Shown piece by piece: positions 32,044-44,221 of a stretch of 64,000 nucleotides of DNA. The position numbers and the translations under genes were made by a program. The notes beneath the pieces were generated by a model. That model worked only from the letters and a program-made list of their open reading frames with translations, had not been told where the DNA came from and did no database searches. This DNA is from Epithemia pelagica. Lineage: Eukaryota > Protista > Bacillariophyta. The stretch covers positions 3,286,001 through 3,350,000 of the forward strand of contig OX337233.1 of NCBI GenBank assembly GCA_946965045.2, read 5' to 3'. Numbering within the stretch: the first letter of the stretch is position 1; each line of letters begins with the position of its first letter.

Positions 32044-33701
32044 AGTCTGTGTCTGCGTCGTTTGGTGGTTTCCGTTCGTTCGTCTTCGTTCGTTCGTTGG
32101 TTCGATCCTTGATGATTGTGAATGGAGCGCCAGAAGGCGATTACGATCGAACCATTCTTGCCACGTGGACGGTCGGAATGACTCATACGCGACCGCACGC
32201 GCCGAATCGGCGTCTGGCGTCTGCGAAAAAAATCACCACTAGAAAAATTTTGACTGGTTGACAAGAATTCCGAGCGGTTGCGGAAAGATCATTGGACTCC
32301 TGGACCGCTGGTTGTATAGAGAAATTGAAGGACCCAACGATCCTGCTCGGAGCTCGACCGATGGAGGGTGGTGACACAGTGAAGTGGAATCCCATAAGAA
32401 GCTACGAGGTGCGTCTCGCAAGTCAGCTTCTCTAATGGTGTATTTTCTCGCGGAGCAGTTGATGGCCAGTCTGGACCTTGAAAGCCCCAACGCGATACGA
32501 CATGCTAGGTCGACACGTCGGACTGGAATGGCGACGGACTACCTACTGCAAACTGCACCATTCACCATCGATTTGCAACCACTCTCCTATTCTCCCTGCG
32601 TAGTGAGTAGATTCTAGTACTCCTAGCTAAGAACTAGGAACCCTAGCTAAGAGCTAGGAACCATAGAACTGGTAGGATTCTATAAAACATAATATTGGAC
32701 AAACGCTCCCAAAAAACAATACTACAACTCATAATAATACATGGCTGATAGTGTCGCTCACGAATAATAATAATATGACGGTTCATGGTATGGGGGAGAC
32801 CAATACGAGAAGTGGGGGCAATTGGGGCATCGACCAATCCATCAAGTCCATCAATTTTACGTCACGTCATGGAACGGAGAACGGACCATTCCTTCATCGA
32901 CCACTTCTCGACAAGCAGAGGTAGCATGTACTCCTATTAGCATTCAGTGGTTGGAGGTATCATCCACAGGAGACGGCCACAGCCAGAAGTTCACGCGATC
33001 GGGTTCCAGGGAGATTTCCTTCCAAATAACACAACAATGCAAATGTCGAGCCTAAAAGGGCATTTCCATGGCCAAAGTCCTGCCATTGCCACATAACATT
33101 CAGCATTGCCAAATGGTATCATTGTACTCCTAGGGGAAGTCTACTATGTCAAAGCGTCAGTAGTCAAAACTATTGACGTAAAGTGACATTTCGATGCCCC
33201 GACAAAAGGGTTCCGTTTGGGGGAGGCCATCCTCCCCCAAATCCCTACCCCAACCATATTTCATACTCCCCAACAGTAGTGCCCTAAGCCCCTACCAACT
33301 ACACTATTTAACTCTTCGAGCGAGAAAGACCGACACGACCTCGACAGCGAAATCGACGCGCACTGGTCTCGTAAAATGTCCAGTCCTGCGAACCTTCGAC
33401 TACGGCCTCGTCTCTTATGTTCCGGACGATCGTCCGAGCTCAACGTTTTCAAAAAGGCACTGTCGAGTGGGCAGTAGAGCGGATGCGAACCAACCATTAA
33501 AGGAAACATGGACAAGGAAAGGAAGGCGAGGGAAGAATGCAAAAAGAGAAAAAGAGAGATATGAGATATGATGCGTAGCAACACACCAATAAAGTGCATA
33601 ACACATCACCATCTCTCTCACCAGCGAAGCAACCCACCAACAAAGCAGTATTGTCTACAAGCTTCAGAAAAAACAAAAACAATACTACGAGAACAACAAC
33701 A

Positions 33702-34712
33702 ATGCCTGCCGTTCCTTGGTTAGACTCCACCATGACACGAACTGGACTGATACTACGAAATGATGATGAGGAGGAGGGTGAAGATTTTGAAACCACCCAT
33801 GAGGATGAATTTCTCCGTCCCCATCATCCTGCTCGTCCACAATCGTCGAGCCGCAAAGCCGCCCATCCCAACCAGAACAACACTACAAACACCATTCCAA
33901 TTGCAGAAGAAGAAGAAGAAGACAGTCCTTGCGAATGCTTTGAATGTGGTACTTGGATCCAAGCCGAAGAAGCCCAGGACAATGATGGATTTTGTTGTCA
34001 CTGTGTGGCCAGTCAACGACTGCATCGTCTCCGACTGCGATTGCCCGAACACTATACACTGCGACAAGTCGCGGTAGGGAGTCGTCGCCGCCATCATTCT
34101 TGTTACCAACCACCAAAAGCAGGTGCCTGTGTGGAGTGTGCCAAATCTCACTGGACTGCGGGTGAATGGTACGTGACGCATTCCCTCCAACCGTGGGCAT
34201 CCAGCACCGACAAGTTTTGTCTCGATTGTGCCGAACAACACACCTGGAGTGCCAACGGCTCTCATGAGGACGAGGACTATGAGGACGATGTAGAATCCTT
34301 TTCCTCCTTTGATGAAGAAGGACACGATGATGATGAGGATCAGGAACACGTCACTGCGCCCCATTGCGATTGGTGTGGCAACAAAATTTTGGATGGCATT
34401 ACAGCCGCGCACACCACGTTTTCTTCGTCTGCTTCTGCTGCGGCTTCGTTGTGTGCCGCCCAAGCAGGGGCGGGTACGGTGCATGTGGTACGGCAAGAAT
34501 ACATGTGCACATCCTGCCAACGGATCCATACGACGCAAGAGGCTACTACTACTACAAGCAGCAAGACTCGGGCAGTACCACCCACGCATTCTCCTCCTCC
34601 CAAAGCAGCAGCGGCTACTGGACCACAAGCCGAGGAGGCATCCAAGAAACGCAACGCTCCAGTACAGTCCGACTGTGCGGAACCACCGTCCAAAAAGACC
34701 TGTACCTACTAA
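33702..34712 (+). CDS. Hypothetical Cys-rich protein with several CxxC pairs
   Basis: Open about 336 codons. CFEC, CCHC, CVEC, CLDC, CDWC and CTSC are interspersed with acidic and low-complexity tracts. Confidence 0.6.
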   Translation: MPAVPWLDSTMTRTGLILRNDDEEEGEDFETTHEDEFLRPHHPARPQSSSRKAAHPNQNNTTNTIPIAEEEEEDSPCECFECGTWIQAEEAQDNDGFCCHCVASQRLHRLRLRLPEHYTLRQVAVGSRRRHHSCYQPPKAGACVECAKSHWTAGEWYVTHSLQPWASSTDKFCLDCAEQHTWSANGSHEDEDYEDDVESFSSFDEEGHDDDEDQEHVTAPHCDWCGNKILDGITAAHTTFSSSASAAASLCAAQAGAGTVHVVRQEYMCTSCQRIHTTQEATTTTSSKTRAVPPTHSPPPKAAAATGPQAEEASKKRNAPVQSDCAEPPSKKTCTY

Positions 34713-35835
34713 ACAGAGTCCGCTTACTTACGTACTTACTTCCCAATGAACCGAGAAGAAGAAGAACGAAACTTGAGGAGGGGCCTTGAAGGCACGCACT
34801 TCTTTCCTACAATACAAGATTCTCGGCCGGGGCATGACTCTTTTCGCTCGAGTCGGACCCATCTACTCATGCTCACTATACTACTGCTGTAGAGCACAAC
34901 CACCGGTGGGTGCAGGTGCCAGAGCCAAACGGATGCCCTCCTCCTCCTCCTCCTTTTATTTTCTTGTTTTGCCAAGGAAGGAGACCAAGCAGAATGACTG
35001 AATGAAACTATTGTACTTTTACTAGCTAGTAACTAGCTAGTATCGCGGTTTTTGAAATATCATATAGAAAAAACAACAGTTGGATCCATTCCAAATTCCA
35101 ACGCACTGGAACTTTGTCTCGATATCAATAGAATGGCAATGAGTGGTTCGAATTACTCCTACGATTACGTGTAGCCCACCGTCCGTCCACCTCCCAAACT
35201 GTTGGTAGGTAGCGGTTTCACAGACTGTGATCAATCATGGATATGAGGTCAGCAGAAGCACCTCTCTCGGGCGCACCTGCCCTCCCGACGCCCGACGCGA
35301 CCTCGCATTGGGCGCGGAACCCTGAGAAAATCTCCCTCCAAAACAACCAGACCACAACAAAGCAGATTCAATTGACGTCTCCCCAAGAACGACCGAGAGA
35401 GAGAGAGGTACGACACGTTGAAGAGAAGGAGCATGGTCTTGTTTTTGTTGTTGTTGTTATTGGAGAATTCGAGGCATCGTGGAGGGCGTGCTGGTGGAGG
35501 AACAGGATGGATACGGGACCGACACTTTGTGTACTGCGTTGTGGTCGCAGTGTTTGCTCCAAAGAGGAAGACACCTGTTTTGGAGCGAGCGAGAGAGAGA
35601 GAGAGTTAGACGATGGTAGAATGTTGGTATCGTTGGATTTGGCGTCGTGAGGTTTTCCTGTCATTTTGGTGACATACCTTCTCTAGTGGCACGAGGTTTT
35701 GCGTTCTCTCTCTCACCTTTGTTCTTTCTGCATGTTCATTCTTGTTGGTTGTCGATTGTTGGTCTCTCCTCTTGTGCCAAACGAAGTGAATTGCACCAGA
35801 CAACAACAACAACACACCATCCATCCATTCATATC

Positions 35836-37848
35836 ATGAGTAACTTGTTGACACCGGGCGGTGTCGCCAAATTGTTGCAACCCAAGGATCCGAGTCAACC
35901 CCGCAATACTGGCGAAACCATTGTCGTGCAAGCCATTCACATCAAGTCCATTTCATCGCCACAAAGCAAGCGGTTTCGGATTGTCATTAGCGATGGCCAA
36001 CACTATGTGCAGAGTATGATGTCGGCCCAAATGAATGCCCTCGTCGCCGAAGGGACGCTGCAAGAATTTGGACTCTTGGCCATTCAAGATCACATGTTTA
36101 ATGACATTCAAGGCAAGACCATTGTCATTGTATTAAACGCCCATGTCCTCAGTGAGCAGCCGGGACACAAGATTGGAACGCCCACGCCCTTTGCGGGTGC
36201 GACCACGACCAACGCGGCGCCCGTGCCGGCACAACCCTTGTACAATAGCACCAACAACAACCCGACCAGCCATACCGCCACTGCCTACGATGCCAAACCC
36301 TCTCATACAGCAACGACTACAAGTACTGCGACCGCCATGACCGTCAGTCCTCCTCGAAGCAGTCCCAGTGCCAAGAATCCCTATGGCCGACCCTCCTCAT
36401 CCACGTCATCCTCGTCTCCCGTGGCTCCCATTGTTCGGTCCAACAACACGACCTCCATGAATTACACCAAGATTAGTGAATTGAATCTCTACCACTCGCG
36501 TTGGACCATTCAAGCTCGTGTCACGAGCAAGTCCGACATTCGCACCTGGAGCAATGCCAAGGGGGAAGGCTCCTTGTTTTCCATTAGTTTGTTGGATGAA
36601 TCGGGGACCGACATTCGGGCCACCTTTTTCAAGGAAGCCGTCGACCGCTTTTACGGCATGCTCCAAGAAGGCCGCGTCTATACCTTTTCCGGAGGTCGGC
36701 TCAAGGTGGCCAATGCGCGATGGAATACCTGCAAATCGCCGCACGAAATCACCTTTGACCAAAATTCCGAAATTCACATGTCCCATGACAATTCCAACAT
36801 TCAAACGCATGCCTACGATTTTGTCGAATCCATTGCCTCAATTGAATCCATGATGGTCGATCCCGAAAAACACACGCACGTGGATGTCTTGGCCTATGTC
36901 CACGCCATTAGTGACCCCGTCACGTTGTTGTCCAAAAAGAAGGGACAAGAATTTACCAAATGCGATGTCACCTTGATGGACGATTCGCAAGCGCAAATCA
37001 ATTTGACTCTGTGGAACGATCAAGTCCAAAAGGCCTCCTCCCTCATGCCATTGAATGAACTCGTGGGCGTGTGTCGCTCGCGCTTGTCCGATTATGGGGG
37101 CGGCAAGTCCCTGTCTAGTTTTGATACGGTCGTGCTCGCCAAGAATGAAGCGGGCATTCAAAAATTGCCCGCCTATCACCGTTTACAGGCGTGGTATCAA
37201 GAAACGGGCGGACAAGGTCCGGCCAAAAGTCTCAGCAGTAGTGGCGGCAGTGGCTTTGGCGGACCGGCCTCGTTTGCCGAACGCAAGGAAATTGCCGACA
37301 TTAAACGAGAACAATTGGGTTACCAATCGGAAAAGGGCGATTACATTTCCTTTCCCGGCACTGTCACCTTTTTGAAAAAGGACAAGGAAGGCGGTGCCTG
37401 GTACCCGGCCTGTCCCAAATCCGAAGATCCCTGTCGCAATCGCGTCAAGGTGACACCGACCACCTCCGTATCGGGCCATGGGGAAGCCTGGCATTGCGAA
37501 CGGTGTCAAGAAACCTTTGATCATTGCATCCGACGATGGATCTTTAGTGCCGTCGTCGAAGACAAGTCCAGTTCGACCTGGGTCACCTTTTTCAACGAAA
37601 CGGCCGAAACCCTGTTGGGCCAGCAAACGGCCGATCAAGTCTATACGGCCAGCGATGGCCATGCCCCCAGCGATGCCTACGACTCGGCCTTTGCCAGTGC
37701 CGCCTTTACCGACTGGATCTTCAAGTGCAAAGTCAAGAAGGAATTGGTCAATGAAGAACTCCGCGTCAAGACGCAAGTCACCGCCATGCATCCTGTCGAT
37801 TACGTTCAAGACTCGATGGACTTGCTCACCGCCATTGGCAAATTCTAG
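35836..37848 (+). CDS. RPA1: Replication protein A 70-kDa subunit
   Basis: WTIQARVTSKSDIRTWSNAKGEGSLFS, DIRATFF, WYPACP…WHCERC zinc motif. Confidence 0.96.
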   Translation: MSNLLTPGGVAKLLQPKDPSQPRNTGETIVVQAIHIKSISSPQSKRFRIVISDGQHYVQSMMSAQMNALVAEGTLQEFGLLAIQDHMFNDIQGKTIVIVLNAHVLSEQPGHKIGTPTPFAGATTTNAAPVPAQPLYNSTNNNPTSHTATAYDAKPSHTATTTSTATAMTVSPPRSSPSAKNPYGRPSSSTSSSSPVAPIVRSNNTTSMNYTKISELNLYHSRWTIQARVTSKSDIRTWSNAKGEGSLFSISLLDESGTDIRATFFKEAVDRFYGMLQEGRVYTFSGGRLKVANARWNTCKSPHEITFDQNSEIHMSHDNSNIQTHAYDFVESIASIESMMVDPEKHTHVDVLAYVHAISDPVTLLSKKKGQEFTKCDVTLMDDSQAQINLTLWNDQVQKASSLMPLNELVGVCRSRLSDYGGGKSLSSFDTVVLAKNEAGIQKLPAYHRLQAWYQETGGQGPAKSLSSSGGSGFGGPASFAERKEIADIKREQLGYQSEKGDYISFPGTVTFLKKDKEGGAWYPACPKSEDPCRNRVKVTPTTSVSGHGEAWHCERCQETFDHCIRRWIFSAVVEDKSSSTWVTFFNETAETLLGQQTADQVYTASDGHAPSDAYDSAFASAAFTDWIFKCKVKKELVNEELRVKTQVTAMHPVDYVQDSMDLLTAIGKF

Positions 37849-38207
37849 AGTATCGAGGAGGAGAGTTGTTGTTGACGCGTTATATATAGTAGAGTGGCAG
37901 TGTCCATGGGACATGGGTAACGTTGCAGAGGACAATAGCATAAACTGGGTTTCTCAAATTCTTTCGAGGCTTTGCCAAATGTGTACTAATAACTAATAAT
38001 AGCTACTAGTTAGGTGAAAACCAGAGCTGATCGTTGGAAAAATCAGGTTGGACCCTCTACAAAAATGGACAGCTGTCTGGACTCTAGGACAGACAATGAA
38101 TCAGAACATGAATCTTCTAGGAGCCCATGCTCATGAAGAATCTGGAACGTCGACCCATCCAGTCCAACCCCCCATCGACCGTCATTTTTGGTTCACATTC
38201 GTTCCGA

Positions 38208-38732
38208 TCATTTATTCAAACGTTTGCTGTTTGCTTTCTCTCCACTTTTTGTCACTGGAAGAGGCGCATGTAGAGCATTCGCCACTTGACAAATTTCCAA
38301 GGCATCCTTCAATCGACTTGGTTGGATCGAGACGGCTGTAGGTATGTGTTCATGGTGCCACTCTTGTACCGAATCAAATTGGAGACTTGGAAGATGTTTC
38401 AATGAGATGGTAGCTTCTGTAGATACTTGATCATTTGTTGTGGATGTTGTTGTTGGTACCACCTGACTCTTCTCCAGAACTTGAAACACATGACCCGATG
38501 CCACTGCCGAGGGAATCTCCAACGCTGGCGCTTGGGCCAACAATCCACGTCCTCGCAGAGTCACAGCCTCCACAGTCGTAGTAGTCTTGTTGTCGTCTGT
38601 TTGGACCATGGATGGTTCAAACTGTCGACCATCCAGTGCTCCCGTATACTCCACATGACATGGCAAGATATGGCATACCGCTGCTTCGGATTCGATCGAG
38701 TCCTTGGATTGAGGTGGAGGCAATGACGCCAT
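38208..38732 (-). CDS. RNASEH2C: Ribonuclease H2 subunit C-like
   Basis: CHILPCHVEYTG…TLRGRGL…WHHE…ANALH pattern. Confidence 0.72.
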   Translation of the reverse strand: MASLPPPQSKDSIESEAAVCHILPCHVEYTGALDGRQFEPSMVQTDDNKTTTTVEAVTLRGRGLLAQAPALEIPSAVASGHVFQVLEKSQVVPTTTSTTNDQVSTEATISLKHLPSLQFDSVQEWHHEHIPTAVSIQPSRLKDALEICQVANALHAPLPVTKSGEKANSKRLNK

Positions 38733-38798
38733 GGTGATGTGGATGTGAGCACAATTTGTCATGAAGAAAAAATACGTTCTTTTTTTGTGCCAAATGAT

Positions 38799-38869
38799 TG
38801 CACCATCCGGGAATCGAACCCGGGGCCCAACGATGGCAACGTTGGATTTTACCACTAAACCAATGGTGC
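38799..38869 (-). tRNA. tRNA-Gly(GCC)
   Basis: GCACCATTGGTTTAGTGGTAAAATCCAACGTTGCCATCGTTGGGCCCCGGGTTCGATTCCCGGATGGTGCA: cloverleaf with GCC anticodon and GTTCGA T-loop. Confidence 0.97.
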
Positions 38870-39129
38870 TTACACGAGAGCACGAATTTTAGTTATGTCA
38901 TCACTGTCTTTACGCACTCATCAATTTTCCTTTTCCTCATCTTGTGTTTGTCTCGCAATGAAGAACACACACACATTCGCCGTCGTCTTTACAGGCACAC
39001 AATAGCGGTAGTACCCTCTCTGTCGAATAGTTTGAGAGGTGTGTACAAAAGTCTAGAGAAGAGGCCTTTTCGAAACGGCGGCGGACGACCCTACCCGACT
39101 CGAAACTCTAAACGAAGCAAAACAACACC

Positions 39130-40497
39130 ATGAACAACTACTTCCAACAACAAGCGATGATGTCCGGACTTGCTTTTTGTACAAACCTCCACAGACCTCA
39201 ACAAGAAGAAGAAGTAGAAGAAGATGAAGAAGAACAAGACAACGACGAAGAAGAACAAGACGACGAAGAAGAAGAAGAAGAAGAAGCACAGTTAGTAGAA
39301 GTAGAAGTAGAAGAACAAGACGACGACGAAGAAGAAGATGAAGAACAAGACGACGACGACGACGAAGAAGAAGAACCACAGTGGCAGACAGCTCCATGGC
39401 CTCCCATTCCGGTCGATATGGACGGACATGCATCGGTTGTGATCCATCATCCCGACAAGATTCAAGGACGTATACTGGTCGTACTGGGAGGCTATATTCA
39501 TTCTAATCCTTCTGCTCACTTATTGGGGGAGGATAGATTTAGTTGCACCAACGTGGTTTTGTTGTTGAATATGGACCATGGCCCTACTACTATGGCCTGG
39601 CAAGAAGCGACATCCATGAACGAACACCGACGTTTCTCTGCAGCCGTGGAATGCAACGGATCTCTGTATGCCATTGGTGGAGTATATCCTGACGATCCTG
39701 ACCACCTCTTTGATACAATTGAAAGGATTGACATTGGAGATTTACTTTCTTCATCCTGGTCGGACAATACAGTGAAGAAATGGACAACTTTAAAGTGTCG
39801 CTTGTCCAGCCCAAAAGAAGGGTGTGCCGCAGCCGTTGTACAGGACAGATTCGTTGTTGTGGCAGGTGGAGGTGGTTACGATTCTGGTGCATCTGTCGAT
39901 ATTCTTGACACGCTGTCATCAGAAAGTCAATGCAGTATCATATCCGGGCCACCGTTAAATGTGGCTCGATGTCGCTTTGGAATGGCTGTGATTGGTCATC
40001 GTCTCTATGTGGTAGGTGGGTTGGGCAATTCTGATGAGTTTGAGTTCAACGACTCTGTGGAGTACCTGGAATTTGATGACTGGTTGAAAGCGGGGTCCAG
40101 AAATCCAGCATCGTTGCTCCCGTTCAGCAAGTCGTGGAAGATTCACAAGGATCTTGTTCTTCGCACTGGTCGGCATTGCCATGATGTGGTCCGAGTGGGA
40201 TCTTGTCTTGTTGTGGTTGGAGGAGATGGAGGTGGACCCTACTTGCGCTCCGTGGAGGTCATGGACACGCAACGTAACCTAGTATGGCAGCTCCCAGACC
40301 TGATATCTGGACAGCAAGACCATTGTGTGGTTGCCATTCCGAAGGGCATTGCAATGATTCCATCCTGGCAACCGGATAATGCCGTTGAAATACTTCCTCT
40401 TGTGGACAAGAACTCTGCATGTTTTGTTCAGTTGATGGCTCTCGGTAGGGCCCCACTCCGACCAGAAGAATATGAAAAGTTTGTGCAAGTTTGGTAA
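39130..40497 (+). CDS. Kelch-repeat beta-propeller protein with an acidic N-terminal tract
   Basis: Repeated (V/I)GG…W units such as SLYAIGG, FVVVAGG, LYVVGG and LVVVGG. Confidence 0.88.
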   Translation: MNNYFQQQAMMSGLAFCTNLHRPQQEEEVEEDEEEQDNDEEEQDDEEEEEEEAQLVEVEVEEQDDDEEEDEEQDDDDDEEEEPQWQTAPWPPIPVDMDGHASVVIHHPDKIQGRILVVLGGYIHSNPSAHLLGEDRFSCTNVVLLLNMDHGPTTMAWQEATSMNEHRRFSAAVECNGSLYAIGGVYPDDPDHLFDTIERIDIGDLLSSSWSDNTVKKWTTLKCRLSSPKEGCAAAVVQDRFVVVAGGGGYDSGASVDILDTLSSESQCSIISGPPLNVARCRFGMAVIGHRLYVVGGLGNSDEFEFNDSVEYLEFDDWLKAGSRNPASLLPFSKSWKIHKDLVLRTGRHCHDVVRVGSCLVVVGGDGGGPYLRSVEVMDTQRNLVWQLPDLISGQQDHCVVAIPKGIAMIPSWQPDNAVEILPLVDKNSACFVQLMALGRAPLRPEEYEKFVQVW

Positions 40498-41211
40498 GCT
40501 TGGAGATGGAGTTGCGGAGTTGCATTTGTCCGACAAGGGTAATGTCATGGATTGCTCGTTGGATGGCAAGGTCCCACATTTCGAACTAGGAGACAATTAA
40601 AGCACAAACGCAGACGCAGGACAAATGATTGGTGTGAATCCATAGGTACAGTTTTCCCTGGCATAGGAACAGAAAGCCACGCAATACATGTTAAGGCTTT
40701 GGAATTCATCGATTGCAGCTGTGAAAGATCTTTGGCATAAGATAAAGCCATGTAGCACCTCATCCCAACAAAAATGCATCTCTTATTTTCTTCCTTATTC
40801 TACCTAGGCAGTTTATAGCATCTCTTATTCTCTGCAATTGTCCCTTCACACTACGTACAAGAGAAAGGGAGAGGGAGAGAGGCCTTGAAGGAAGAGTAAT
40901 CTCCGCTCCACAGTTTCCGGTGAAGGAGAATGATCCCGTCCGCACTACCTTTATCCGTGTACTGATGTGCAATGGCCGATATCCGTACTGTCTCTAGAGG
41001 GTATACTGCTCCAGTTGGGATTTCTTCCTCTCCAACAGATCCTGATGTGTTTCATTTTTGGTCCCTAACAACAACTGTCTTTACTCGTTGCGGCAAAACG
41101 ACAAACGTTTGGCAGTACGAGAGTTTCGACCCTTTTCCGTGGTCGTTCACCAAACTGACAGAGCGGTATACAAAATGACACAAATAATATAGCTTAGATT
41201 GCGAAGTTCGA

Positions 41212-43428
41212 TTATTCCGAATCCAATGTGGGTGTGGAATCCTCTCCGTGTGCCGTCGCTGTGGGTGTACCAGCGTCATCCTCCACCGCCAGTGGCGTTG
41301 GTTCTGGCTGGTTGGTATGGATGCTGGCTTGTTGTCGGTCGTCGGCGTTAAGGTTACCACCCAACGGTTGGTCCGTAGTCTCGTGGACTTCGACGGCGGC
41401 TTCTTCCAAGGCAGTTTCCAACTGATGCAATTCGGCCGCCATTTGAGGATCGTTCCAAAGGTGTTCTTCAAAATCGGTCCCCTGCGTGGAGACAGTTGAC
41501 CTGGCACTGTCGGCGACGGCAGAAGCATCATTGTCGTCGTCTCCTCTTTCTTCTGGCACGAAACCACGCTCTTCGGCATCCAAAAACCCCATGCGCGCGG
41601 CACTTTCCTCCAAGGCACGCATCTTTTTGCCTTCCTTGCGTCGACGACGTTTCTCTCTCTTTTTGGATATGGACTTTTTGGTACCGGCAGTCTCTGACTC
41701 ATCGACGTCGTCATTGTCATGTTGATTCTTTTTGCTGTTGCCTTTCGGTGTCGGCGCTTTCTTGACGAGAACGACATCGGGAAGAACAAAGTGATGATGT
41801 AAACTGCGTTGGTCCAATTCCCAATCTCCACCGACGGTGCGCTCCAAATCATAGCCTAACACAACATCACCCGCTTGCAACAAGTGTCCCAAATGGGTAA
41901 CAACCGTCAAGGGTTCATGGTCATTCACGACACCCAGCTCGGATTCTCGTACCACCACCACTTCGGCCAAGGCATATTTGCTCACACCCGACTGTGGTCC
42001 TTGATACAGGGTCGGAGCAGAAGGTGTACCACCACCAGTATGTTCGTTGTCTTCGTGTATTGTCTCAAACGTGTCATCCGGTTGTGCCGTTGCTCCTCCT
42101 CCTGGTCGTCCCGACGGTTGTTGTTGTTTCTCCAATGACTCGACATCTAACACCACAAATCGTACCAATCGTTCACTGGATTGCAACCATCGAACATTTT
42201 TCTCATTGCGGTAGTAATTCTCGGCCGACAGTTCCATTTGATAGTCGGCGAGTCCTTTGTTGCTGCTGGTACTTGTTGTCTTTTTGGAAGTATACGACGC
42301 CGTGGGAGAGGCATCCAGCAGGGTCAAGACGGACGACACTTTATCGACCAAGACGAGGCGTCCCGCCAATTTTTGGGCTCCTCCAACAGCTTGCTTCTTG
42401 ATCAAGACCAAATCGTCTCGACAGAGTGGAACCAATTCACAGGTCAAGGTATGTCGCAGATTGGCCGTATTGTTCTTGACATCGGTCGAGACGAGTTTGG
42501 AACTGGATTTGACGGATCGCATAGGATTGCATCGTTGCAAGTACGAAGCAAAGGCTTGAGCTTGCGCCAAATTCAAAAAGTAAAAATCAAAGCCATTTTT
42601 CGTCGTGTCAATTTTCAACACGTGTTTGCGAATGGTCGTATGTTGCGCCAAGGCCATTTCCAAAGCGGCCAAACCACGTTTGGTCGAAGTCTGTGATGAT
42701 CCCTTGGTGTTGCCTTGTTGTTGTTGCTGCTTGCCATGATGATTGCTGGTGTGATTGCTACTACTGCCACTTCCACTGTAATTGGGTGCGGCTTGTCGGA
42801 CTTGGACCAAGGCATGCCAGGTCCGATTGGTGAATTCTCGATTGCAGTCCGGACATTGTTTCCATTGATTTTTCAATTCCACTTGCACACGTTGTTGGAC
42901 AGGTACATTTTCAATGGTATACCGAACCGTCAAATGAAGCTTGAATCGCATACTGTGTGGCTCGGTCCAAATCCAATGGGCATCCACCAAATGCAATTTG
43001 GGCATGGTCGAAGCGGATGATGATGATAACAAACCGGATCCATGCGCAGCGGCCGAAAAATTGTTATTGCTTGTATTGTTGTTGTTGCTCGATACGGCTG
43101 GAATATGTTTCAAACAAAGGGCCAACAATTCGGGCGATTCCGGTTCCATGGCTTGATAGTGGGCACTGTTATTTGATTTTCCACCGTCGTATCGTTGGTA
43201 GCGTCGACATTGACGACATTGATGGACAATAATGTCTCCTCCACCAGGACCTCGTTGCATCCAGGCTCCAATATCCAACTGAGACGCCAAACAGGCACTG
43301 CATTTGTTGGCCGCATTCGGCCAAATCAAGGTGCCACACAAACAACAGGGAATTTGAACCGCCGTGTACGACGACGATGAAGCCGAAGTCAAGTGCTGTG
43401 CCGTTGTTGTTGGAGGCGGTGCGTACAT
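41212..43428 (-). CDS. NMD3: 60S ribosomal subunit export adaptor NMD3
   Basis: CCLCG…CSAC, CRQC, DAHWIWTEPHSMR, CPDC…WHALVQVRQ, GFDFYF, HLGHLL. Confidence 0.95.
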   Translation of the reverse strand: MYAPPPTTTAQHLTSASSSSYTAVQIPCCLCGTLIWPNAANKCSACLASQLDIGAWMQRGPGGGDIIVHQCRQCRRYQRYDGGKSNNSAHYQAMEPESPELLALCLKHIPAVSSNNNNTSNNNFSAAAHGSGLLSSSSASTMPKLHLVDAHWIWTEPHSMRFKLHLTVRYTIENVPVQQRVQVELKNQWKQCPDCNREFTNRTWHALVQVRQAAPNYSGSGSSSNHTSNHHGKQQQQQGNTKGSSQTSTKRGLAALEMALAQHTTIRKHVLKIDTTKNGFDFYFLNLAQAQAFASYLQRCNPMRSVKSSSKLVSTDVKNNTANLRHTLTCELVPLCRDDLVLIKKQAVGGAQKLAGRLVLVDKVSSVLTLLDASPTASYTSKKTTSTSSNKGLADYQMELSAENYYRNEKNVRWLQSSERLVRFVVLDVESLEKQQQPSGRPGGGATAQPDDTFETIHEDNEHTGGGTPSAPTLYQGPQSGVSKYALAEVVVVRESELGVVNDHEPLTVVTHLGHLLQAGDVVLGYDLERTVGGDWELDQRSLHHHFVLPDVVLVKKAPTPKGNSKKNQHDNDDVDESETAGTKKSISKKREKRRRRKEGKKMRALEESAARMGFLDAEERGFVPEERGDDDNDASAVADSARSTVSTQGTDFEEHLWNDPQMAAELHQLETALEEAAVEVHETTDQPLGGNLNADDRQQASIHTNQPEPTPLAVEDDAGTPTATAHGEDSTPTLDSE

Positions 43429-44221
43429 GGTTTTGATCTCTCTCGACTAGGTAATTTGGTTTGTGATTAGTTTGTTCACAGAGAACGGCTTTCAACGAGA
43501 ATCGTTCCCACCATTGTGATGTGGCAAACGCGCAGGTTGAGGACGCGCGAGATCTTTTTTGATCGAATTCGATCCAGGTCGCACTATAGTCGCGCATTAG
43601 ATAGGCCATCTATGCATTCCCTCGAAATGCTTCGAATAGACGAAGTTGTCCATCTATCTAAATGCCAAACACAAAAGAAACCCCCCGAATATGCCGATTA
43701 CAGAAAGATTTCTCCCCTATCCAACCTGCAGCAAAAAGCAGAGCCATCCCAATACCACGCAGTGCGGAAGGCTCCTTTACGGTTGTAGCGGAACCCGCCA
43801 CAAAACCATGGTCGACAGGCAAAGTCGTTTCAACGTTTTGGTATCTTTTCTAATTGCGAATGGGTCCGCGGTTTATACATCCAAAGGAAAGCCTTTGAGC
43901 GAGAAGAGGGGGACATTCAGCTGCAGTTATATGTGAGAGTTCATTGGACCTCGTTCGGTTCGCGTCAAAACAAACAACTGATCTGCAGTACATCAGTTTC
44001 GAGGCTCGCTGTGTTTTGATTCATCCATTCCAATCTTTGTTTGTTGCGGAAGTTAGTTCAGTGCTGATACTCTACGGATTTCTGCCCCAGGTTTCCATCT
44101 GGATACTCCCATCTATTCTAGTGGATCATGTTTTTCATCGTCATTTCGATTCGGGAGAACTGGCTAAGGAGGAGACCCACAAGAACCTCTGTCTCTGCCC
44201 TTTTGTTCTACAATTCGGTTC

